Made by a program: the position numbers and the translations under genes
DNA from: Chiloscyllium plagiosum
Lineage: Eukaryota
DNA: 48,924 nucleotides
Direction: 5' to 3'
NCBI RefSeq assembly: GCF_004010195.1
Contig: NW_025215178.1
Span: forward strand, 1 to 48,924
Shown here: in pieces, positions 22,703 through 33,919 of the stretch
How the letters are laid out: the number at the start of each line of letters is the position of its first letter
Position numbering within the stretch: the first letter of the stretch is position 1
The notes under the pieces: model-generated
What the model was told of the DNA's origin: nothing
Database searches by the model: none
What the model saw: only the letters and a program-made list of their open reading frames with translations

Positions 22703-22770
22703 AGTTTCGGCCCAGTTTCGAATTGGGGACATTTCGCATGTGAAGCGTGTGACCACTACACTACAGAAAC
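22703..22770 (-). pseudogene. tRNA-Val(CAC) pseudogene with ~5-nt deletion
   Basis: Reverse complement GTTTCTGTAGTGTAGTGGTCACACGCTTCACATGCGAAATGTCCCCAATTCGAAACTGGGCCGAAACT; the 5' strand of the anticodon stem is deleted. Confidence 0.88.
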
Positions 22771-23499
22771 AAGCCACAGGCGCCTTTGCTGCGGATCAGT
22801 GGCATCCAGCACTGAAAGTTGAAGCAATTCTACGTTTCACCTTTCTGTTTCCAATAGCTCGTTGTTGTCCAGCGTAATTTCGGTCAGTTATCTAAACTCC
22901 AGGACCACACTTCAGGAATTATTCATGGTTCTGGTCGTTAATAAATGTCCAGAGTTCAGCCGCATTCTTACCTCCTCAACTCCTGAAGCATTCCATTTCA
23001 CAATGCAGCAGAATTCTGGCAATGTGAAGGCCTGGGCAGACAAGTAAAATGAAATTCACACATCCCGATTAAGATAATTTAATCAACACATCTGGAAATT
23101 CAATAGTGTTGCCATTACCTAGTCTTCAACTATCAACAATCTGGGAGGTCAAAGCGATCACCACAGTTGTAACTTGTCTGTTCCAGCCTTAGATATTGGG
23201 CAAGCATGGGATGGTGTCAGAGGAAGAAAGTGGAGTTTTTAACCAGGATAGAAGACAATGACCTCCATGTTCGCAATATGTAAACAACGAGGGCAGTGAA
23301 GCAACATTGCCTTCTGTCAGAGATCAGAGCTGAAACTACCAGTTCAACAGGGGTATTGCCAGAAGCAAAGAGGAAGAGAGTGAATGAACAATTGCCTGAT
23401 GCAGTTAGTTGTGGCTTGAAGAGTGAATATCTGGACTCTGACTCTCAGCAGGGACCGTAACAGCACCAAGAAGAGCAGAGTAAATGAGAAGAACTATAA

Positions 23500-24030
23500 T
23501 ACAGTCATACATAGATTATAGAAATATTAACAGAACTTTCTATCAGGAGGTGACAAGCCATGTCGACGAAATTCGAACAGTAGATGTAGTGTACATGACT
23601 TCAGTAAGGCATTTGGCAAGGTTCTGCATGGTAGGCTCATTCATAAAGTCAGGAAAAACGGGATACAGGGCGATTTGGCTATCTGGATTCAGAATCGGTT
23701 GGCTGACAGAAGGAAGAGCGTGGTTCTGGCTGGAAAGTATTTTGCCAGGAGGTCAGTACTGATTGGGTCCTGCAGGGCTCTGTTCTTGGGCCTCTGCTCT
23801 TTGGACTTTATAAAAATAACATGGATGAGGAGGTTGAAGGGTTGGTTAGTAAATTTCCGGATGACACAAAGGTTGGCGGTGCCTTTGATAGTATTGAGGG
23901 CTGTTGCAGGCAGCAGCGCGACATTGACAAGATGCAGAGCTGGGCTGAGAAATGGCAAATGGAATGCAACCTGGATAAATGCGAAGTGATGCATTTTGGA
24001 AAGTCGACCTCGAATGCTGAATATAGGATG
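23500..24030 (+). mobile_element. Older CR1 RT fragment (central/C-terminal RT)
   Basis: VDVVYM..WIQNRLADRRK..VSKFPDDTKVGG..WAEKWQMECNLDKCEVMHFG, with frameshifts upstream of 23821. Confidence 0.9.
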
Positions 24031-25262
24031 AAGCACTTTGGGGATAGTGACCATAATTCGGTGATTTTTACACTCGTGATGGAGAGGGATAAGTGTGTAC
24101 TACAGGGCAAGAATTATAGCTGGGGTAAGGGAAATTATGATGCGGTGAGGCATGACTTAGGATGTGTGGCTGGGAAAAGTAGACTCCAAGGCAAGAGTGT
24201 AAATGATATGTGGAACTTCTTCAAGGGGCAACTATTGAGTGTCCTTGATAATTATGTACCGGTCAGGCAGGTAGGAAAGGGTCGTGCGAGGGAGCCGTGG
24301 TTTAATAAGGAATTGGAATCCCTTGTTAAATGGAAGAGGGCGGCCTATCTCAAGATGAGACATGAAGGTTCAATTGGGGCGATTGAGAGTTATAGGGTAG
24401 CCAGGAAGGACCTGAAGAGAGAGCTAAAAGCAGCAAGGAGGGGACATGAAAGGTCCTTAGTAGATAGGATTAGGGAAAACCCTAAGGCTTTCTATAGGTA
24501 TGTTAGGAATAAAAGAATGACTAGGGTAGGAATAGGTCCAGTCAAGGATAGTAGGGGGAAGTTGCGTGTGGAGGCGGAAGAGATTGGGGAGACACTGAAT
24601 GAATACTTTTCTTCAGTATTCACTCAGGAACAGGGCATTGTCGATGAGAATACTGAGGCACAAATAAGTAGAATGGATGGCTTTGAGGTATGTAGAGAAG
24701 AGGTATTGGAAATCCTGGAAAAGGTGAAAATAGATAAGTCCCCTGGGCCTGATGGCATTTATCCTAGGATTCTCTGGGAAGCAAGGGAGGAGATTGCAGA
24801 GCCATTGGCCTTGATTTTTATGTCCTCTCTGTCTACAGGAGTAGTCCCAGAAGACTGGAGGATAGCAAATGTGGTTCCCTTGTTCAAAAAGGGGAGTAGG
24901 GATAGCCCTAGTAACTATAGGCCGGTGAGTCTCACTTCCGTTGTGGGCAAAGTCTTAGAGAGAATTGTAAGGGATAGGATTTATGCACATCTGGATAGGA
25001 ATAATGTGATCAAGGATAGTCAGCATGGTTTTGTGAAGGGAAGGTCGTGCCTCACAAACCTTATTGAATTCTTTGAAAAGGTGACGAAAGAGGTTGATGA
25101 GGGGAAAGCGGTAGATGTGGTATATATGGATTTTAGTAAGGCGTTTGATAAGGTTCCCCATGGTAGGCTACTGCAGAAAATACGGAGATATGGCATTGAG
25201 GGTGAGTTGGAGGTTTGGATTAGGAATTGGCTGGATGGAAGAAGACAGAGGGTAGTAGTTGA
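24031..25262 (+). mobile_element. Young CR1 ORF2 segment (EN C-terminus to RT N-half), open frame
   Basis: HFGDSDHNSV..DKSPGPDGIYPR..NYRPVSLTS..QHGFVKGRSCLTNL..YMDFSKAFDKVPH; no stops over ~410 codons; truncated at both ends. Confidence 0.96.
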
Positions 25263-25458
25263 TCCAGACCAAAAGCAATATCATTGACTCTCAATCGCCC
25301 TCTGAAATGGTCCAGCAAATCCTTCAGTTTTACCAGTCGTTCCAAAGTCTCAAAGAAATGAAACCAGCTGGAACAAACTGTGCACCAGAAAAGTCAACAT
25401 GAGAAACATCTCTGTCGAAACTGCAATGTCCTTCTTACTAACATCTGAGGGCTAGTAC
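25263..25458 (+). mobile_element. L2-type LINE 5'/EN-start fragment
   Basis: GACTCTCAATCGCCCTCTGAAATGG..CTGCAATGTCCTTCTTACTAACATCTGAGGGCTAGT, a recognisable shark LINE segment. Confidence 0.5.
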
Positions 25459-25770
25459 AGCTCCAACATCACTCTTTATCTGTGTTATTTCCTCCAGTCC
25501 TCAAAGTGTGCAGAAATTATAATTCTCCCTATTTGTGTTATCCTCTGAGGTCTCTGCAACCTTTCTGATCTGTAAAACCCACTCCACTGCCTGTAACTTT
25601 TCTCATCCAGTTCCTACAACACCCACTATCTATGTCACACCCTCCCGTCCTTATCACCCACCCTGTCAATGCACGCTTCTCCAGTATCTCCATGCAACTA
25701 CTGATCTGTATCACCATCTCCAGTTCTTATCCATCAATCTTATCCAATCCCCCTATGTGAGGTTATTGAT

Positions 25771-26640
25771 GTGTTGCTGGAAAAGCGCAGCAGGTCAGGC
25801 AGCATCCAAGGAGCAGGAGAATAGAAGTTTCGGGCATAAGCCCTTCTTCAGGAGTGAGGAGGGTCTGCCTAGCAGGCTAAGATAAAAGGTAGGGAGGAGT
25901 GACTTGGGGGAGGGGCGTTGGGAATGCGATAGGTGGAAGGAGGTTAAGGTGAGGGTGATAGACCGGAGAGGGGTGGGGGCGGAGTGGTCGGGAAGAAGAC
26001 TGCAGGTCAAGACGGCAGTGCTGAGTCCGAGGACTGGGACTGAGATAAGGCGGGGGTAGGGGAAATGAGGAAGTTGGAGAAATCTGCATTCATCCCTTGT
26101 GGTTGGAGGGTTCCTAGGCGGAACATTAGGCACTCTTCCTCCAGGCATCGTGTTGCCATGGTTTGGCGATGAAGGAGGCTAAGGGCCTTTATGTCCTTGG
26201 CGGAGTGGGAGGGGGAGTTAAAGTGTTCGGCGGTTGGGTTGGTTGGTGCGGGTATCCCAGAGGTGTTCTCTGAAACATTCTGCAAGGAGGCGGTCTGTCT
26301 CCCCAATGTAGAGGAGGCCACATCGGGTGCAGCGGATTCAGTAAATGACGTGTGTGGAGGTGCAGGTGAATTTATGACGGATATGGAAGGATCCCTTGGG
26401 GCCTTGGAGGGAAGTGAGGGGGGAGGTGTGGGCACAAGTTTTGCATTTCTTGCGGTTGCAGGGGAAGGTGCCGGGAGTGCAGGTTGACAGAACCCCACTG
26501 GTCCTCACCTACCACCCCACTAACCTCCAGATACATCGTATCATCCTTCATCATTTCTGCCACCTCCAAACAGACCCCACCACCAAGGATATATTTCCCT
26601 CCCCTTCCCTATCAGCGTTCTGGAAAGACCACTCCCTCCG
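25771..26640 (-). mobile_element. Penelope-like left arm: GIY-YIG C-terminus + terminus on minus (25771-26483), inverted upstream piece on plus (26484-26640)
   Basis: Minus: IRCTRCGLLYIGET..FREHL..EHFNSPSHS..FRLGTLQPQGMN. Plus: DRTPLVLTYHPTNLQIHRIIL. Confidence 0.93.
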
Positions 26641-27105
26641 NNNNNNNNNNNNNNNNNNNNNNNNNNNNNNNNNNNNNNNNNNNNNNNNNNNNNNNNNNNN
26701 NNNNNNNNNNNNNNNNNNNNNNNNNNNNNNNNNNNNNNNNNNNNNNNNNNNNNNNNNNNNNNNNNNNNNNNNNNNNNNNNNNNNNNNNNNNNNNNNNNNN
26801 NNNNNNNNNNNNNNNNNNNNNNNNNNNNNNNNNNNNNNNNNNNNNNNNNNNNNNNNNNNNNNNNNNNNNNNNNNNNNNNNNNNNNNNNNNNNNNNNNNNN
26901 NNNNNNNNNNNNNNNNNNNNNNNNNNNNNNNNNNNNNNNNNNNNNNNNNNNNNNNNNNNNNNNNNNNNNNNNNNNNNNNNNNNNNNNNNNNNNNNNNNNN
27001 NNNNNNNNNNNNNNNNNNNNNNNNNNNNNNNNNNNNNNNNNNNNNNNNNNNNNNNNNNNNNNNNNNNNNNNNNNNNNNNNNNNNNNNNNNNNNNNNNNNN
27101 NNNNN

Positions 27106-28555
27106 TCTGCAAACTTGCTGACCCATCCTTCAATCCCCTCATCCAAGTCATTAATAAAAATTACAAACAGTAGAGGCCTAAGGATAGAGCCCTGTTGAAC
27201 ACCACTCACCATAGACTTCCAGGCAGAATATTTTCCTTCTACTACCATTTGTTGTCTTCTGTTGGCCAGCCAATTCTGTATCCAGACAGCTAAGTTCCCC
27301 TGTATCCCAATCCTCCTGACCTTCTGAATGAGCCTACCATGGGGAACCTTATCAAATGCCTTGCTGAAGTCCATATACACCACATCGACAGCTCGACCCT
27401 CATCGACGTTTCTAGTCACATCCTCAAATAACTCGATAAGGTTTGTGAGGCATGACCTGCCCCTCACAAAGCCGTGTTGATTGCATTTAATCAAGTCATG
27501 CACTTCCAGATGGTCATAAATCCTATCCCTCAGAATCCTTTCAAACACCTTAAAGACGACAGACGTGAGACTTACTGGTCTGTAATTGCCGGGGATTTCC
27601 CTATTTCCTTTCTTGAAGAGAGGAATTACATTTGCCTCTCTCCAGTCCTCAGGTACGACTCCACTGGAGAGCGAGGATGAAAAGATCTTCGCAAGTGGCG
27701 AAGCAATTGCATTTCTCGTTTTCCAAAGCAGGCGAGGACAAATCTCGTCCAGGCCTGACGATTTGTCAATCTTAATGCTTGACAAAATTTTCAGCGCATC
27801 AGCTTCCTCTATCTCTATCCATTCCAGCATGCTTACCTGCTCTTCAAAGGTTTATTCACTACAAAATTCGTTTCTTTCGTAAATACAGAAGCAAAAAACT
27901 CATTTAGGGCTTCCGCTACCTCCTCAGACTCCACACACAAATTCCCTATGCTGTCACTGATCGGCCCTACTCTTACTTTGACCATTCTCTTATTCCTCAC
28001 ATAAGTGTAAAATGCCTTTGTGTTCTCCCTAATCCGTTCTGCCAAGCCTTTCTCGTGCCCCCTCCTGCCTCTCCTCAGACCATTTCTGAGCTCCTTCCTC
28101 GCCTGCCTGTAATCCTCTAGAGCTGAGCTTGACCCTAACCTCCTCCATCTTATGTAAGCTACCTTTTTTCCTTTTGACGAGAAGCTCCACCGCTCTCATC
28201 ATCCAAGGTTCCTTTATCTTACCACTTCTTGCCTGTCTCAGAGGGACATATTTATTCATCACTTGCAACAACTGTCCCTTAAACAGTCTCCACGGTATAG
28301 TGCCTTTACTATGGAACAATTGCTCCCAATCCATGCTTCCTAACTCATGTCTGATCGCATCATAGTTTCCTCTTCCCCAATTAAGTATCCTCCCATTTTG
28401 CCTAATCCTCTCCTTCTCCATAGCTATGTAGAATGTGAGGCAGTTGTGGTCACTATCACCAAAATGCTCTCCCACCACAAGATCTTATACCTGCCTCGGC
28501 TCGTTTCCGAGCATCAAGTCCAGAATGGTCTTTCCCCTCGTCGGCCTGTCAACGT
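27106..28555 (-). mobile_element. CR1 ORF2 segment (EN C-terminus to RT), few frameshifts
   Basis: VGEHFGDSDHN..NYRPVSLTS..QHGF..MDFSKAFDKVPH..SGVQQGSIL..LFVIFINDLD..VSKFA, running into the gap. Confidence 0.96.
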
Positions 28556-29648
28556 ACTGACGGATATGGAAGGATCCCTTGGGGCCTTGGAGGGAAGTAA
28601 GGGGGGAGGTGTGGGCGCAAGTGTTGCATTTCTTGTGGTTGCAGGGGAAGGTGCCGGGATTGGAGGTTGGGTTGGTGGGTGTGTGGGCCTGACGAGGGAG
28701 TCACAGAGGGAGTGGTCTTTCCAGAACGCTGATAGGGAAGGGGAGGGATATATATCCTTGGTGGTGGGGTCTGTTTGGAGGTGGCAGAAATGATGAAGGA
28801 TGATTAGATTAGATTAGATTACTTTACAGTGTGGAAACAGGCCCTTCGGCCCAACAAGTCCACACCGACCCGCCGAAGCGTAACCCACCCATACCCCGAC
28901 ATTTACCCCTTACCTAACACTACGGGCAATTTAGCATGGCCAATTCACCTGACCTGCACATCTTTGGACTGTGGGAGGAAACCGGAGCACCCGGAGGAAA
29001 CCCACGCAGACACGGGGAGAATGTGCAAACTCCACACAGTCAGTCGCCTGAGGCGGGAATTGAACCCGGGTCTCTGGCGCTGCGAGGCAGCAGTGCTAAC
29101 CACTGTGCCACCGTGCCACCCACTGGTACGATGTATCTGGAGGTTAGTGGGGTGGGAGGTGAGGACCAGTGGGGTTCTGTCAACCTGCACTCCCGGCACC
29201 TTCCCCTGCAACCGCAAGAAATGCAAAACTTGTGCCCACACCTCCCCCCTCACTTCCCTCCAAGNNNNNNNNNNNNNNNNNNNNNNNNNNNNNNNNNNNN
29301 NNNNNNNNNNNNNNNNNNNNNNNNNNNNNNNNNNNNNNNNNNNNNNNNNNNNNNNNNNNNNNNNNNNNNNNNNCCTCTTTCCGACCACTCCACCCCCACC
29401 CCCCTCCGGCCTATCACCCTCACCTTAACCTCCTTCCACATATCGCATTCTCAACGCCCCTCCCCCAAGTCCCTCCTCCCTACCTTTTATCTTAGCTTGC
29501 CTGGCAGACCCTCCTCATTCCTGAAGAACGTCTTATGCCCGAAACATCTATTCTCCTGCTCCTTGGATGCTGCCTGACCTGCTGCGCTTTTCCAGCAACA
29601 CATTTTTCAGCTCTGATCTCCAGCATCTGCAGTCCTCACTTTCTCCTA
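28556..29648 (+). mobile_element. Penelope-like right arm, mirror image of the left arm
   Basis: Antisense piece 28556-~29181 (split by HE1), then sense GIY-YIG/3' UTR and terminus CTCCAGCATCTGCAGTCCTCACTTTCTCC; same inversion junction as at 26483. Confidence 0.93.
28802..29121 (-). mobile_element. HE1 SINE, full length, young
   Basis: Near-identical reverse complement of 18336-18657; splits the Penelope sequence GGATGA|TACGATG. Confidence 0.95.
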
Positions 29649-30689
29649 GTGATGTTGTTGATTCCTTTCAGCATGTTTAATACCTGTAGCAGTCTCCAAC
29701 CCTTCAATGCATCATGTCCCTCTAACCTCCTCAAATACTACAGCTTTGCAATATCTTCCAGCATCTACAACGCTCTTGATTTCTGTAACCTCATCCAGAA
29801 CAGTACACCACATCTCTGCATAAATGAGGGGAATGCTGCAAACCTGGCTCCACAGCCCTCACTAACTCTCTGAAATCCTGCTATCCGAACACCCTCAGCA
29901 TCTCTGGCTCCTCGAATCCCTACAATTCTCCCTGGCTCTGTGAACTGATCCTGCCCCTTCGAACCTTCCTAACTCATTAAATTCCTGCACAGCCAACGAA
30001 CATCCCTATCAGTATAAGGCCGAGCCCCTACATTCCTCCCTACCTCTGTAGCTCCTACAGCTCTACAACGCTGTTTTTCTTTGTAACCTTCCCTCGTGCC
30101 TGTGATCCCCTTTATCTCCGGTTAGAGATCCTTCTTCAGTGAAATAACATCTCAGTACAAATCCTGTAAGAACTCCAAAGAATCCTCGATGCATCATTAA
30201 ATTTGTCTAATTTTCTACATTCTCATGAGTTCAATTTCAACCTTCTCCACCTTTTCTCAACTGTATCCCTCCATTTTGAGGAACAGTGTGGTGAAACTTC
30301 TCTGGGCTGACTCCAATGCAAGAACATTTTCTCTCTAGGTAGGGGACCAGACCTGCTCAGAGTATTCTCAGTGTGGGCTGACTGGAGCCCTTAATACTTG
30401 TTACAAGCCTTCCCTATTTGTATTCTCCATTCCCTTTCGAATCAATGCCAGCATTCCATTTGCCTTCTCTATGACCTGCTGATCCTGTATACCACCTTTC
30501 TGAGATTTATACACAAGGGTCCCCAAGTTAGTCTGTGGTGTAGCTTTCTGCAGTCGAGCTGAAACCAAAAGTGACTGTAATAATCAGGAAAGTGTTGGTA
30601 AACGATGGTAAACTATATACCAGAAATGATAACTGGAAAATTGGAAACCTCATGAAGACGCACAGACCGTAACGCCATCTGGATGGCAC

Positions 30690-30920
30690 TAAGGCACCAT
30701 GCTGCCTCAGTGATTAGCACTGCTGCCTCACAGCGCCAGCGATCTGGCTTCTATTCCAGCCTTGGACTGTTGGCAATGTGGAGATTTTACATTCTCCCTG
30801 CGTCTGTGTGGGTTTCCTCCAGGTGTTACTGTTTCGTCCCACGGTCCAAAGGATTGCAGGTTAGGTGAGTTGGCCATGGGAAATTGTCCACCCTATAAGT
30901 TTTCTGTAATTCTATGATCA
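30690..30920 (+). mobile_element. HE1 SINE, old, partial
   Basis: TTAGCACTGCTGCCTCACAGCGCCAG head and V-SINE core. Confidence 0.85.
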
Positions 30921-31053
30921 GATATAGGAGTAGGCCACTTGGACCATCGAGTCTATTCCACTATTCGATTATGGCTGAATTGTTTTTCAACCCCGTTCTC
31001 TTACCTACCATTTGTAACCCTTGATTCCCTTACTCGTCACGAACCTATCTATC

Positions 31054-31271
31054 AGGTGAAAGTGAGGACTGCAGGTACTGGAGATTAGAGTCGACAGAGT
31101 GGTGCTGGAAAAGCACAGCAGGTCAGGATGTATCCGAGCAGGAGAATCGACGTTTTGTGCAAAAGACTGTCACCAGCCCTTTTCTGACGAAGGGCTTTTG
31201 ACCGAAACTTCTATTCTTCTGCTCCACAGATGCTGCCTGACCTGCTGTATTTTTCCAGCACCACATCCTGA
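31054..31271. mobile_element. 218-bp palindromic Penelope-terminus element with 16-bp TSD, inserted in a CR1 3' UTR
   Basis: Inverted arms GTGGTGCTGGAAAAGCACAGCAGGTCAGG / CCTGACCTGCTGTATTTTTCCAGCACCAC; flanks CACGAACCTATCTATC (31038-31053) and CAAGAGCCTATCTATC (31272-31287). Confidence 0.85.
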
Positions 31272-31477
31272 CAAGAGCCTATCTATCTCTGAGTTAAATA
31301 CACTGAATTATTTACATCCACATCCTCCTGAGGCAATAAGTTCCACAGATTCGTCACCTTCTGGCTGAATAATCTCATTTCATCCCCGATTCACACCTCT
31401 TCATTTCTTACTCTCTCTGGAATTTCGTTTTCTCTTCTCTCTGTTTATCTCCCTTCACGTTCTTTCTCTCTATTTCA

Positions 31478-31502
31478 TTCTCTCTCTCTCTCTCTCTCTC
31501 TG
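31478..31502. repeat. (TC)n microsatellite within a pyrimidine tract
   Basis: TCTCTC run. Confidence 0.9.
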
Positions 31503-31789
31503 TCTATCTCCAATAACTCTCTCTGCCTTCAGACAGCGTAGTTGGAGAGCTCGTACGAAAGTCTGAACGGCTTCCATCTGTGCGCTATTAATTCTGAGGT
31601 TCTCTGACCCACAATAAAAATGTTATGTGCCTGTAGAGACAAACTGATTCAGTGAAGGACACAATAAACAGTGGCCACACACAAAATGTGGATTTGCTTG
31701 ATAGCTACTCCTCGCAATTAATACTCCCTAGCTCCTGCCTGATACTGACATAACTTGCCTTACTCCAATTCCATAGCTTCTCAAAAGAT

Positions 31790-32460
31790 CCTGACTTATC
31801 CATGTTCTTAGCTATCGTAAAACTGAAGGAGTTTCCAAAATGATTCCACAATGCTGTCCCCATGCAATGTCAGTCACCTGAAGGCTCATGAGCCAACACG
31901 AGGTCCAGTATGACCCTTCTGTAGTGGACTATGCACATACCGTTTCAAGTAACCCGCTTGGATGCACCAAACAAATTCTGCCCCATCTAAGCCATTGCTC
32001 TCAGGGAGTTCTAGTCAATATTGGGGATGTTGAAGTCACTTACTGTGACATCTCTGTTTTTATTACACCTTTCCATAACTGGCCCACACATGTGTTCCCA
32101 AAGCCTCGGTGGCTGTTGAAAGGAGTATAGTATAATCCGAATACAGTAATTGCATCAATCTTATTTTTGTGCTCTACTCATATTGTCTCAGTGGATGAGC
32201 CCTCCAGTACGACCTCTCTGAGTGCAAATGCAACATGATCCCTGATTATTAATACAGCTCTTCCACCACTTTTACCTTCCTTTCTATCTCACCTAACACA
32301 ACAATACCCTGGAACGTTGAACGCCCAGTCCTGTCCCTCTCCAAATTAAGTGCCTGTAATGGCTGCAACATAATGGTCCCATGTCTTGAATCAGGCTGTA
32401 AGCTCATCTGCCTTACCCATAATAATCATTGCGTTGACAGAAACACACTTCAGCCCAATG
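31790..32460 (-). mobile_element. CR1 endonuclease fragment, decayed
   Basis: Reverse CR1 EN-like segments, homologous to ~15300-15880. Confidence 0.7.
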
Positions 32461-33239
32461 CCATCAGATCCTGAGTCGATAGTATATATACAAGATGGAC
32501 GGGATGGAACTTAATTGACAGCAATCTCCGATATGTGGATCATTGGGATTTGCAGGTCGGTAGGATGTTCGCAAGAAGAACGGGATGGACCTGAACGGGC
32601 AGCAATCTCCTGGCAGGCAGGTTTGCTGTTGTCAAACAGAAGGGTTTAAGCTCGTGTGGTCGTTGGAGGGAGGGGAGAACAGTGGGAACCAGAGCAGTAG
32701 GTTCACAAGTACACGACTGAGGCGGGATTGGTGACTAATCCAAGTACAGCTAAGACCAACAACAAACAGACAGAGGTTACTGAACACAATAGGCCTGGCA
32801 GTCTGAAGTGCGCTGATTATAATGTGAGGAGTATGACAGGCAAGACGAATGAACTTGGAGCTTGGGTCGGTATATATAACTGCGATATTAATATTATAGA
32901 AATTTGATTGAGAGAGGGACTCGGGAATTCCAATGGTACACATATCGGAAGTGCTGCCTCCTCTACCAGTTCTTTGTCCATGTATTTAACTCTACTACCA
33001 TCCTATTCCTAACCTCATTGCCACATTGAAGAGTCTTGTTGCATGAAATTTTAAATATCATTTCAGCACAACTCCGGAAATTACTTTTTTCTTTAAAATG
33101 GACAGACTCAACAATAAATACTGAAGAGTGAGTTCATTAACTGGGAAAGAGGAGTCCTCTGAATCAGTCCAGTGATGACAGGATCTGTTATCTATTACCT
33201 CCACCAAACCTACTTGACAACGAACTCTATTTTTCCAGA

Positions 33240-33720
33240 GCGGCAAGGAGAGAAGGAGGAGTGAAGTAAGGGCTGCCGGTAAGTTTAGGGCTTAATTTAT
33301 ATTTGGGCAGTGGCTATACCAAGGTACTACACGTAAATCTCCCTAACGCCCCCCTCCCCCCAACTAACCAGAAGAAAAAGATCCTGTAAGGTAAGGCTTT
33401 TATTTCTTATCCGTCTTTTTCATTTATTTAAGTGTATTGTTTGGTTTTAGTTAGTTCGTATAAAGTTAAGCTTACAATGGCAGTGCCTCAAACCCGTGGC
33501 ATGTGACTATTGCTTGATGTGGGACCTTAGGAACGTGTCTGACGTTCCTGACTCTTACACTTGTAAGAAATGTATCCAGCTGCAGCTGTTGTTTGACCGC
33601 ATGACGGCTCTGGAGCTAAGGATTGACTCACTGTGGAGCATCTGCGATGCTGAGGAGGGAGTGGATAGCACGTTCAGTGAACTCGTCACAACGCAAGTTA
33701 GGATTGCTGAATGAGACAGT
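33240..33720 (+). mobile_element. CR1 5' UTR and ORF1 N-terminus (Cys motif + coiled coil)
   Basis: CDYCLMWD..YTCKKCIQLQLL..LELRIDSLWSI..EEGVDSTFSELVT (33496-33714). Confidence 0.8.
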
Positions 33721-33919
33721 GAATATCTCCAGCTACCACATTATGCAGAAACAACACATGCCCCGACCCGCCATCGTTATTGTATTTAGCTAGTGCTGAA
33801 TTTGTTTTTTTATTAATTTAACTGTTTTTATATCTCTACTTATGCAACTTGTAAACAATAGATGAACAAAATTCAGAAGTCATGCTGACTCAGCCCTATT
33901 TTACTATGCACCTCCAAGT

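Larger units (their letters stand above)
25460..30130. repeat. Degenerate C-rich tandem repeat (CTCTGTAACCTC..CAG..CTACAAC) interrupted by the 25771-29648 insertion
   Basis: The same motif recurs in 25460-25756 and 29665-30130. Confidence 0.6.

Noticed and set aside
33496..33714. Cys-rich 72-aa ORF as a zinc-finger gene
   Set aside because: Matches the CR1 ORF1 N-terminus and is truncated.
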